Shown: positions 47,233-55,174 of the stretch, piece by piece
How positions within the stretch are numbered: the first letter of the stretch is position 1
Layout: each line of letters opens with the position of its first letter
Virus record (IMG/VR): IMGVR_UViG_3300030376_007431
Location: 21,625-85,624 of that record
From: a virus
Taxonomy: Duplodnaviria; Caudoviricetes
Length of the DNA: 64,000 bases
Strand: one strand, 5' to 3'
The notes under the pieces: generated by a model
Told to the model about the DNA's origin: nothing
Databases searched by the model: none
What the model saw: only the letters and a program-made list of their open reading frames with translations
Position numbers and translations under genes: made by a program

Positions 47233-47993
47233 AAAAGATCATTAAAATGTATGTTGAAGAGACTATGAGCACAAAGGCCATAGCTGAAGAGTTTAATACC
47301 TACCCAAATAAAATTAGGCGAGCTCTTGTGTCTTCTGGAATTGAACTGAGAAGCAAAAGTGATGCGCAGAAAAAAGCGCTAGAAAACGGCAGAGCTCAGC
47401 ACCCAACAAAGGGCAAAAAAAGAAGCGAGGAGGAGAAAGATAAGATAAGCGCCTCCCTAGAAAGAAGATGGTCAAGCGTTACCAAGAAGGAAAGAAAGCG
47501 CAGATCACAGATGGCTAAAGACCAATGGGAAAACATGTCTGAGGCAGATAAGATAGCCTTAAGGAAGAAAGCTGCAGAAGCTCTACTGATGACTGTAAAG
47601 CACGGCTCTAATCCAGAGAAGTTGCTTTATGAAAAATTAACTGAGGCTGGATACGAAGTCGAGTTGCATAAAAAAGATATGATAGAAGGCAGAAAATATG
47701 AGATGGATCTATACCTGCCTGAGCTATCTACAGTTATAGAGGTAGATGGACCTCAGCACTTTAAGCCACTTTTTGGTGAAAAGGGGTTGCGAGAATATGT
47801 TAAACATGATATAATTAAGAACGGGATACTCCTTAAAAGGGGGTATTGTGTAATTAGAGTAAAGTATTTGTGCAGCAACTATAGTCGTGCTGTCGGAAGA
47901 AGATTGTGGGAGCTTGTGGAGCCTGTTGTTAACAGGGTCAGTAAAAAGTTTCCCACTAAGGACAACAGGTTAATTGAATTGGAGATAAACTAA
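47223..47993 (+). CDS. HTH + basic NUMOD-like repeats + DUF559/Vsr-like endonuclease (homing-endonuclease-like)
   Basis: STKAIAEEFNTYPNKIRR HTH, GKKRSEEEKDKIS and MDLYLP..VIEVDGPQHF. Confidence 0.75.
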   Translation: MDLEKIIKMYVEETMSTKAIAEEFNTYPNKIRRALVSSGIELRSKSDAQKKALENGRAQHPTKGKKRSEEEKDKISASLERRWSSVTKKERKRRSQMAKDQWENMSEADKIALRKKAAEALLMTVKHGSNPEKLLYEKLTEAGYEVELHKKDMIEGRKYEMDLYLPELSTVIEVDGPQHFKPLFGEKGLREYVKHDIIKNGILLKRGYCVIRVKYLCSNYSRAVGRRLWELVEPVVNRVSKKFPTKDNRLIELEIN

Positions 47994-48766
47994 TGCCAGA
48001 AGTTGAATTAGACATTTTTGATGTTGAAAGTATTGATGAAGAAAACGTAATTGAAGAGAACTCAGAGGAGTCTCAAGTGCCCCCATATGGCACTAAAGAG
48101 TGGAATGAATATGTTATGGGACATTTTCGCAAGGATGAGCTCATTGATAAAAACCCTATCTGTGCTGGCCTTAGACGTGTAGCAAACCTGTTATTGGGTG
48201 ACATTCTAGAGTCTGGTCCGGATCAAGTTTTTCCAGCAACTGACGGAAATGGTCCCGGCAGAGCCACTGTTGTTTACCAAGTTGTTATTAACTGGTTCAA
48301 TAGCGGTCAAGCTAGAATATTTAAAGAAGTTGCAGACGTGTGGCATGGGAACACAGATGATTTGTTTTGTGCTCACCCTGTCGCTACAGCGAGCACTAGA
48401 GCAGAAGGACGCGCTTTACGTAAAGCTTTAGGGCTACGATGTCTAGCCGCTGAGGAATTAGCAAGAAAAGATATCGTATCCATTGTACAACAAAGCGTAA
48501 AAAAGGACAACCCCACAGATGGAGCGTGGGATGAGGAAGCTATGATTAGTTCCTCACAAATCAATTTTATTGATAATAAGTGTAGACAGTTAGATATTAA
48601 TGTTTTAGCCTTTGTCAACTCTGGAGAAGGTGTTTACGAGTCCATTGAGGATGTAGAAAAGAGTAAGGCCTCGGCAATGCTTGGCGTGCTAAACAAATAT
48701 CAAACTAAACAGAACGAGGTGCCAGAAGGCATCGTGGGTTATAACAAGAATTGGAGAAATGCATAA
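47993..48766 (+). CDS. Putative Rad52/Sak-like single-strand annealing protein
   Basis: GLRRVA, ATVVYQV and ATASTRAEGRALRKALG, with a small C-terminal helical domain (ISSSQINFI). Confidence 0.55.
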   Translation: MPEVELDIFDVESIDEENVIEENSEESQVPPYGTKEWNEYVMGHFRKDELIDKNPICAGLRRVANLLLGDILESGPDQVFPATDGNGPGRATVVYQVVINWFNSGQARIFKEVADVWHGNTDDLFCAHPVATASTRAEGRALRKALGLRCLAAEELARKDIVSIVQQSVKKDNPTDGAWDEEAMISSSQINFIDNKCRQLDINVLAFVNSGEGVYESIEDVEKSKASAMLGVLNKYQTKQNEVPEGIVGYNKNWRNA

Positions 48767-49095
48767 TGAAAGTTAACTATAATGCAGGCAAACTAAACGT
48801 CGCCTTTGAAGGCGAAACTGTTCGTGAACTATGGAAGCAGATCGCTATCTTCCAAGAAGTATTTGGTGAAACCAAATGTGGGAAGTGTGGCTCAGAAAAC
48901 CTCAGATTCGTTGTAAGAGAAAACGACGGAAATGAATACTACGAGCTTCGCTGCATGGACTGTGGAGCTAAGCTGTCGTTTGGAGCCAATAAGAAGGGTG
49001 GCGGATTGTTCCCTAGACGTAAGGATGCTGATGGAAATTGGCTACCTGACGGCGGGTGGCAGAAGTGGAACCCAAAAACGAAAACCCTTGAATAA
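48766..49095 (+). CDS. Zinc-ribbon hypothetical protein
   Basis: CGKC..CMDC. Likely start is ATG 48766. Confidence 0.7.
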   Translation: MKVNYNAGKLNVAFEGETVRELWKQIAIFQEVFGETKCGKCGSENLRFVVRENDGNEYYELRCMDCGAKLSFGANKKGGGLFPRRKDADGNWLPDGGWQKWNPKTKTLE

Positions 49096-49114
49096 GGGTG
49101 CTCCGGTTAAGGCG

Positions 49115-49148
49115 ACCTCGCTCAGGGAAACTTGGGCGAGGTTTCTTT
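49115..49148 (+). terminator. 12-bp GNRA-capped hairpin followed by a U-rich tract
   Basis: ACCTCGCTCAGG-GAAA-CTTGGGCGAGGT then TTCTTT. Two G-U pairs are + strand specific. Confidence 0.7.
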
Positions 49149-49155
49149 ATGGCAT

Positions 49156-49188
49156 AAATAAAGCCCCGCACGAAGGCAGGGCTTTTTA
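49156..49188. terminator. Bidirectional intrinsic terminator between the convergent gene blocks
   Basis: AAATAAAGCCC-CGCACGAAGGCA-GGGCTTTTTA, with A- and T-tracts on both sides. Confidence 0.75.
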
Positions 49189-49210
49189 ATGGACTTAAAG
49201 GCTCAAGTCT

Positions 49211-50140
49211 TTATAGGTACTCTAGAGATACATACAGTCCATATGATGTTTTTGATCCAATACTTAATGGAGAAGCTGAGATTCCAACATACCAACTATG
49301 TCGTTTTGCTATACCAGTACCACCGAAAGTATTAGTCGTTGTCTTAGTTCCAAGGTTAGGGCAGTCATCAGGACGGTTACTATTATCGTAATATTGTAAC
49401 CACTTAGGTTGCACAGCCGCAACAGTTGAATTAATAGAATTGAGGAAGAATCCTCCACTTCCGGGTGAATTAAACAGAGGCACAATAACTCCAGTACCGC
49501 CAACAGTTTCTGTATCACCAGTGACGCTACCAAGTCTAGAGTCTCCATTACCTTGTCCAGCAGTAGCTTCTGTCTGGGTAAAGTTTGTAAATTTGACACC
49601 AGAAGAGTTCGTATAGAAGTCCTGACCAGCTCTAACTGGCCCAGAATCTGGCCAAGGAGATCCCCACCAAAACATGTCGCCAGAACCATAGAAGTTACTG
49701 TTCATAGCTACATTGTCTTGCCCATTCGCGGACAACCAAGCGCTTGTTGTTTTGCCGTCAAAGTTTACTAGTTCACAGACTTTAGTGACAACACCAGAAG
49801 CTGGATTGCTAATATTAACTCTATCATATATTCTCAACTGACAATTCTGAACATTAACATCAGATGTATGATCAAAATTAATATGGAAGGTTCTATTACC
49901 AGAATTTATCTTGCTTAAAGGAATACCAGATCCTACAGCTTGTGAGTTACCTGTAGCTGGAACTTCGTATTTAATGTTGTTTGCTGCTGGACCTTGAGAG
50001 GTTCCCGCAGAGTTAGTTACAAATGTTCTGTCTTGGAAAGACCCAATTTGAACCGAGGAGCCAAACGTTGACCCATAGAAGCCCAGTCCTGAGCCGACAA
50101 TATTCTCTTGATTGTCTATACCAAATGTTATTTCTGCCAT
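49211..50140 (-). CDS. Putative virion structural protein
   Basis: Rich in Gly, Ser, Thr, Asn and beta-forming residues. GGAG RBS and own promoter-like motif. Sits at the end of the - strand structural block. Confidence 0.55.
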   Translation of the reverse strand: MAEITFGIDNQENIVGSGLGFYGSTFGSSVQIGSFQDRTFVTNSAGTSQGPAANNIKYEVPATGNSQAVGSGIPLSKINSGNRTFHINFDHTSDVNVQNCQLRIYDRVNISNPASGVVTKVCELVNFDGKTTSAWLSANGQDNVAMNSNFYGSGDMFWWGSPWPDSGPVRAGQDFYTNSSGVKFTNFTQTEATAGQGNGDSRLGSVTGDTETVGGTGVIVPLFNSPGSGGFFLNSINSTVAAVQPKWLQYYDNSNRPDDCPNLGTKTTTNTFGGTGIAKRHSWYVGISASPLSIGSKTSYGLYVSLEYL

Positions 50141-50172
50141 TATATTCTCCTTATGATATCTAAAAGCACCTA

Positions 50173-50186
50173 TGTATTATAATACA
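50173..50186 (-). promoter_or_regulatory. Perfect 14-bp palindrome TGTATTATAATACA containing TATAAT, upstream of the 50140 gene
   Basis: Self-complementary and intergenic, about 33 nt before the - strand ATG. Confidence 0.5.
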
Positions 50187-50216
50187 CAATATGCTTGTCT
50201 TAACTCCATTTTTTTT

Positions 50217-50633
50217 CTATTTTCGACCGCAATTACACCCTCCTTCGGTGCGACTGTATGGGCCCCATTTAGCAAGAGGACATGCCTCAGATGCCCAGCC
50301 CGCCTTCATTTCAACAAAACATCCACATTCAGAGCACCTAGATCCCTGAAGTTTATCGCAAGTATTACAGATTTCTAGCCTACTACGCTTGACATGCGGA
50401 GGAGTGCTTTGCGCCCCACTAGCTACATGTTTGGTCATAGATGTAGCAAAATTCTTGGCTTGCTTCATCAAAGACGGCATCTTTTTCTTTTTACCTGACT
50501 GGCTCACCTGCTCCGGTTTCTTTGTCTTTTTTGTTCCAGATGCGCCTGACGACACAACAAAACCACAGTTCTCGCACTTGCAAGACTGACCAACCTGACA
50601 TGAATTCCTATAGTTACAACGTTTGCATCTCAT
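50217..50633 (-). CDS. Cys-rich small protein with a C-terminal RLEIC..C..RCSECGC..CPLAKW module (DUF6171-like)
   Basis: Multiple CxxC motifs. The module is common in environmental phages (recalled, not verified). Confidence 0.65.
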   Translation of the reverse strand: MRCKRCNYRNSCQVGQSCKCENCGFVVSSGASGTKKTKKPEQVSQSGKKKKMPSLMKQAKNFATSMTKHVASGAQSTPPHVKRSRLEICNTCDKLQGSRCSECGCFVEMKAGWASEACPLAKWGPYSRTEGGCNCGRK

Positions 50634-50947
50634 TCCTGATATTCTCCAAATATGTCTGGGTTAAATGCGTCTGTATCCGAAAAGTCGGGAGTCACTATAA
50701 ATTCATTGTTTTCATCTAATATATAACCTCTAAGAAGCATACCTCGAACCTCCGACAAACTTATAGTATATCTATCTGCACCGGCTACCTTGAAGTTTAT
50801 TACATCTCTACCATAGGATTGTACTGTGCATTCTCTAAGTTGATTTGCCTGTCCGCTAGCAAGATTAGTGTCCATTATTTTGACTTCCTTTCCTATTGGA
50901 AGCTTTGAGTAAATATAACCTTGATAAAAGTTTATTTCTTCTGCCAT
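50630..50947 (-). CDS. Hypothetical protein
   Basis: Operon-packed ORF with a GGAG RBS. Confidence 0.65.
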   Translation of the reverse strand: MAEEINFYQGYIYSKLPIGKEVKIMDTNLASGQANQLRECTVQSYGRDVINFKVAGADRYTISLSEVRGMLLRGYILDENNEFIVTPDFSDTDAFNPDIFGEYQE

Positions 50948-50955
50948 TGCATCTC

Positions 50956-53900
50956 CTAATGAAGTTTTATCTCTAAAGGTATGGAAGCGATAGGCTTTAC
51001 CGTCTTATCTATCTCCACTTTACTTAAGCTTCCCACATCAACAGGAATTATATTACACTTAACATTTAAAGCACAGCAAGCGTCAATTGTTCTTCCGCCT
51101 CCTGTAGTGTTTCCGAAACACTCCCCCATACACTCATTACCAAACTCATCAAAAGCGTCATTTCCTGATGTGGTTTGACGTTGTAATCCTCTATACCAAA
51201 CATATCCATCTTTATGAGGAGATGATTCTTCTCCACACACATAGTAGGTAACAAGACATGTATCTAGTTGATTGTCAGGAGGATCGTCCGTATCCATACA
51301 GACATCGCAGCAGGTTCCGGGCATATCAGGGCCACCAAATTGCTGTAGCCATGGCGCTGCTATATCGAACTGCTCTGACCCAGCGCACTTCATCTTACAT
51401 AGAGCGACCTCGTCAGTATCGTTCCCATCCGCATCCTTTTTATAAACACACTCGGCCTCATAGTCAGGCGCACATCTACTACAATGATATAAGTTCAAAT
51501 CAAAATCATCAACAGTCCTGAGTGTTGCTAGTGGGTAGGTTTCTGTACACCAGTTGCCACCTATAGGTATGTATTGGTCAGGGTCGCTAACAGTGTCTTT
51601 TAAATTGCCGGCTTCGTCAAAAGCATCCTCATCAAACTTATGACTAAAATACATTTTTGTTCCACAGGCATATACATATTTATCTTCTGGCTCTGGAAAT
51701 TGCTCCCAACACCTTTTGCCATTAGCACCTATTTTACCTAAGTCTTCCGCATTGTTGCCGAACCCTACAATTGGGGGCTTCATAGGAGCAGGGAATATTT
51801 GTTGTATGTTTTCTCGATGTATCACATAGATATAATTGTCTTTGGCACATATCTCTTTTACCTCTTCTCCTTCCTCATCCTCTTTTATACAAACCATCTC
51901 CTCTGGAACGCTATCTTTGACTTTATCGTCTTCGTCATAAATACATCTTTTAATGATGTTACTATTTGGGTTTAGTCCTCCGAATCCGTCTGTTGGAAAA
52001 CTAAAGACATCATCTACAATTATATCGCAATCAAAGATTCTCTGTCCTGTGTCAAAATAGGGCGGAGCGGGCGTGTAGAAAGATGAGGTAGCGCCAATAA
52101 TATCATCAGGGCGATTGTACTGTCCTACGAAGAACTCTAATGATCCCTCATTGCATGTCTCTACCTTGTCCATTGGCCAACAAGAACCCTCAACTCTCAA
52201 TTCATAAGGTGCGCACACAGCGCTATCAAAGACACCCGCGCCACAATTCTCCCAGTTTCTGCTAACATATGGCCAATGTCCGCAATGACCAAATATACTC
52301 ATATCATTCACATCATAACAGCCCTGTTCCTCCTCCTCGCCAGTCCAAGGATTTTTGCGCATTACTTTCCCGCAAAGGGATCGCCCCGACAGATAGGCAA
52401 AATCTGTATCGGCTCCGAGTCCAGCACCAATCGTGTTTCCATAATGATCATAATATGTTGTATCATCACCGACTAGAAAAGGGTCATTGGCATATAAATA
52501 TGTGCCAGCTTTATGAGCTTTATATATGTACTCTACAGCGCTGAAACCGTGGACAAGGTTGACGGCATCGCCTGCTCCTGAGCCTGCTCCGAAATACCAG
52601 TCTTTGACTAGCTCCTCAACGGTTGTGCTGTCAAAACCGCCTTTGCCTACATCTTCAGGTATTTGGTTAAGTGACTGAGTAAAAACCTTTTGATAAATTT
52701 CCTTTAATGGTACGTTCGTGGTGCCTGTTTGTGTTTGCATAGAATCTACATCAACCGTATAGAAAGTTATACCTATAAGCTGGTCTATGCCTTTGCCTGA
52801 AATAACCCCTGAGTTGGAGTTGCTGCTTTCAGTTAAATTTCCGTACCAATCACAAACTGTATGCGTACCGCATCTACCCCCATAAAATCCTTGCGAGCTA
52901 AATTCTTGGGAACTGGAACCAGTATTAAAATTAACTAAAATATCATTGTTTATAAGGTAGTCTAGTTTGGTTAATTCAAAAGCGTCTCCGTCACCGCCTT
53001 TTATTCTATGGCCGACCGTAGCAAAGTCTGTTGGATTATTTCTGGGTGTGCCGCTGTCATTTTGCGCATGTAGGTGAATTCTTAATTCGTCGTCTTGCGA
53101 AAAATTAGTAATTGAAGGTCTTGGTCTTTCCTTATCAGTCATAGCTATATTGCCATGAATAACAGGTTTGCAAACTCCAACAATCTTATCTATAATCTCT
53201 CTGTTTTGTTCGGAACAGTTCTCATGAATTGCATCTACAGGAAAATCATGCACATACGCCTCACCCCAATTGCCATATTCCCCTGTGGGTTCATCGGTCT
53301 CTGGATCTATAACTTCATTCCTAGAAAATGGCAGTAAAATACCTGTCCCGCAAGCTATATTACCTGTTCCAGTTCCGCATGAGCCGCCAAATCCATCAGC
53401 ATCGTTGCCGAAACTATCTGTTACGCTACCGTCATGGCCTGCTATATTGGATTGTTGACCACACCCCGGTATAAACTCTTTCTCTTTGTAGTCTTCCAAA
53501 AAGCCTTCAATCGCAGCCGCTGCACTTTCAAAATGATACTGCTTTTGCTGCTCACAAAAATCGCTCGCTCTTTTAACAAAAGGAGAGCCAAAAGAAGAAA
53601 TTTGCTTGCATTCGCCTTCAAAGCCTGTGGAGCACGGGACTAGATTGTAATAATGTTCTTCAGGTAACTTGGGAAATTCCAGCACGCCACAAGCTATGCC
53701 GTTGGCGTTTTCATTGGGTTCTTCGTCTTCGTCTTCTTCATTTACAGCAAGCTCTTCTTTGCAAAACTTACAGCAGTCCTTAGCCTCAGCCAATGAGCCT
53801 TCGTCTTCATCTTCGTCGCAATTTTTAGGATACGACCTCGACGCTTGAAAATCCATCGGATCTATAGTTGTCCAATATTCTTTACCTCCATCTCCGGGCT

Positions 53901-55173
53901 GATTAACCATAGCCTCACCCCAGCCCGCTTCGTGGATAACCGTGTGGTAGATTTCCCCTATCTTAGTAAATCTAGTTTGTCTTTGAACGCCAAGTTCTTT
54001 TTTGTATTGCGTGTTATGGAAGTATCTGCCTTGACTATTCTGGTCATGCCCAGCACGTCTAGTAGGATGAGACCCTATAATATGCGGATGTTTTGAAGTG
54101 CCAGATATTTCAAATTCTTGTGAGCCATCTATGGATTCACATTTACTGCGAACAAACAAGAAAAACCCTTCACCCTTATATCTATTATAGCTCTTCTCGT
54201 CTTCACTGTCTTCATCCTCTTCATCGTCAGGATCGTCCTCGGTAGTATCTCCATTGTCGTCTGGATTGTCTGGATCTCCACCAACATCTCCAGCATCGCC
54301 ATCACCTTCGCCTCCAAGCTCGGCACCGCCGCCGCCCAGATCTTCCTCGCCATCACCTTCGCCGTCACCATCTTCTGTTTCTCCGGGACTATCGTCGCCA
54401 GACGAATCTTTAATCTCTTCAAGATGATCAAAATCAAACGTATGACTTTCCTCTACAACCAGCTCTCCACAAACAGGAAAAAAACTAAATATATCAACTG
54501 GAGCGAAAATACTTATTGTTTCTACAGTGGTCGCAGTATTTATCATATTTTGATAGATAGTGCCCGTAATAGTATCGACATCGACGAGCTTCATCTCGTT
54601 ACCTTCGTCAGAAGCTATACAGTCTTGACAGCCGCCCAAAGTAATATCTTGCTCGTTAGACACCCTCTTATTATATGTCTTAAGCCATGTACAATAGCAC
54701 TGTATCTCGTCTTCCGTTGGAGGATTGCTGAATTCTCCAAATAGATGTTGATAAATAATAGAAAAATTATACTTCGCAAACTCTCTGCCTCTCGACCAAA
54801 GCCCAAACTGCTCAGCAGATGAAGAATCATCACAACCTTTAATCTGTTCAGCCGCAGATAGTGACCCGCTCAGCTCTCCGCCGTCTTCAAATTGTATACG
54901 TATATCACCAAAATAAGTGCGCACTTGGTTTTTAACTGCAACAACATCCCCTGCTGTATATCCTCCACCAACAGTAAACTGGGGCGAACTTGTCGAGGCC
55001 ATCGGTGTCTTTTCGCCTATTTCACCAGTGTCGAAAGACCAAAAGTTAAACTTATTGAAAATATCGGTTATCTCACCGAAACACTCTGTTGTGCATTGGG
55101 GGCACGGACCAGTAAAGTCTTCTGGTCTAATGCCTGTTTGTCCATATCTAAAATATTTGTCGCCTGTTTTCAT
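50956..55173 (-). CDS. Very large Cys-rich, acidic putative tail or receptor-binding protein (~1405 aa)
   Basis: Likely start is ATG 55173 (MKTGDKYF), just after the upstream stop. About 50 Cys by hand count and a long D/E/G linker. Confidence 0.6.
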   Translation of the reverse strand: MKTGDKYFRYGQTGIRPEDFTGPCPQCTTECFGEITDIFNKFNFWSFDTGEIGEKTPMASTSSPQFTVGGGYTAGDVVAVKNQVRTYFGDIRIQFEDGGELSGSLSAAEQIKGCDDSSSAEQFGLWSRGREFAKYNFSIIYQHLFGEFSNPPTEDEIQCYCTWLKTYNKRVSNEQDITLGGCQDCIASDEGNEMKLVDVDTITGTIYQNMINTATTVETISIFAPVDIFSFFPVCGELVVEESHTFDFDHLEEIKDSSGDDSPGETEDGDGEGDGEEDLGGGGAELGGEGDGDAGDVGGDPDNPDDNGDTTEDDPDDEEDEDSEDEKSYNRYKGEGFFLFVRSKCESIDGSQEFEISGTSKHPHIIGSHPTRRAGHDQNSQGRYFHNTQYKKELGVQRQTRFTKIGEIYHTVIHEAGWGEAMVNQPGDGGKEYWTTIDPMDFQASRSYPKNCDEDEDEGSLAEAKDCCKFCKEELAVNEEDEDEEPNENANGIACGVLEFPKLPEEHYYNLVPCSTGFEGECKQISSFGSPFVKRASDFCEQQKQYHFESAAAAIEGFLEDYKEKEFIPGCGQQSNIAGHDGSVTDSFGNDADGFGGSCGTGTGNIACGTGILLPFSRNEVIDPETDEPTGEYGNWGEAYVHDFPVDAIHENCSEQNREIIDKIVGVCKPVIHGNIAMTDKERPRPSITNFSQDDELRIHLHAQNDSGTPRNNPTDFATVGHRIKGGDGDAFELTKLDYLINNDILVNFNTGSSSQEFSSQGFYGGRCGTHTVCDWYGNLTESSNSNSGVISGKGIDQLIGITFYTVDVDSMQTQTGTTNVPLKEIYQKVFTQSLNQIPEDVGKGGFDSTTVEELVKDWYFGAGSGAGDAVNLVHGFSAVEYIYKAHKAGTYLYANDPFLVGDDTTYYDHYGNTIGAGLGADTDFAYLSGRSLCGKVMRKNPWTGEEEEQGCYDVNDMSIFGHCGHWPYVSRNWENCGAGVFDSAVCAPYELRVEGSCWPMDKVETCNEGSLEFFVGQYNRPDDIIGATSSFYTPAPPYFDTGQRIFDCDIIVDDVFSFPTDGFGGLNPNSNIIKRCIYDEDDKVKDSVPEEMVCIKEDEEGEEVKEICAKDNYIYVIHRENIQQIFPAPMKPPIVGFGNNAEDLGKIGANGKRCWEQFPEPEDKYVYACGTKMYFSHKFDEDAFDEAGNLKDTVSDPDQYIPIGGNWCTETYPLATLRTVDDFDLNLYHCSRCAPDYEAECVYKKDADGNDTDEVALCKMKCAGSEQFDIAAPWLQQFGGPDMPGTCCDVCMDTDDPPDNQLDTCLVTYYVCGEESSPHKDGYVWYRGLQRQTTSGNDAFDEFGNECMGECFGNTTGGGRTIDACCALNVKCNIIPVDVGSLSKVEIDKTVKPIASIPLEIKLH

Positions 55174-55174
55174 T

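Noticed and set aside
54180-54420. GC-richer, quasi-repetitive tract (TCG/TCA/CCA triplets)
   Set aside because: It only encodes the Asp/Glu/Gly low-complexity linker, with no exact tandem repeat unit.
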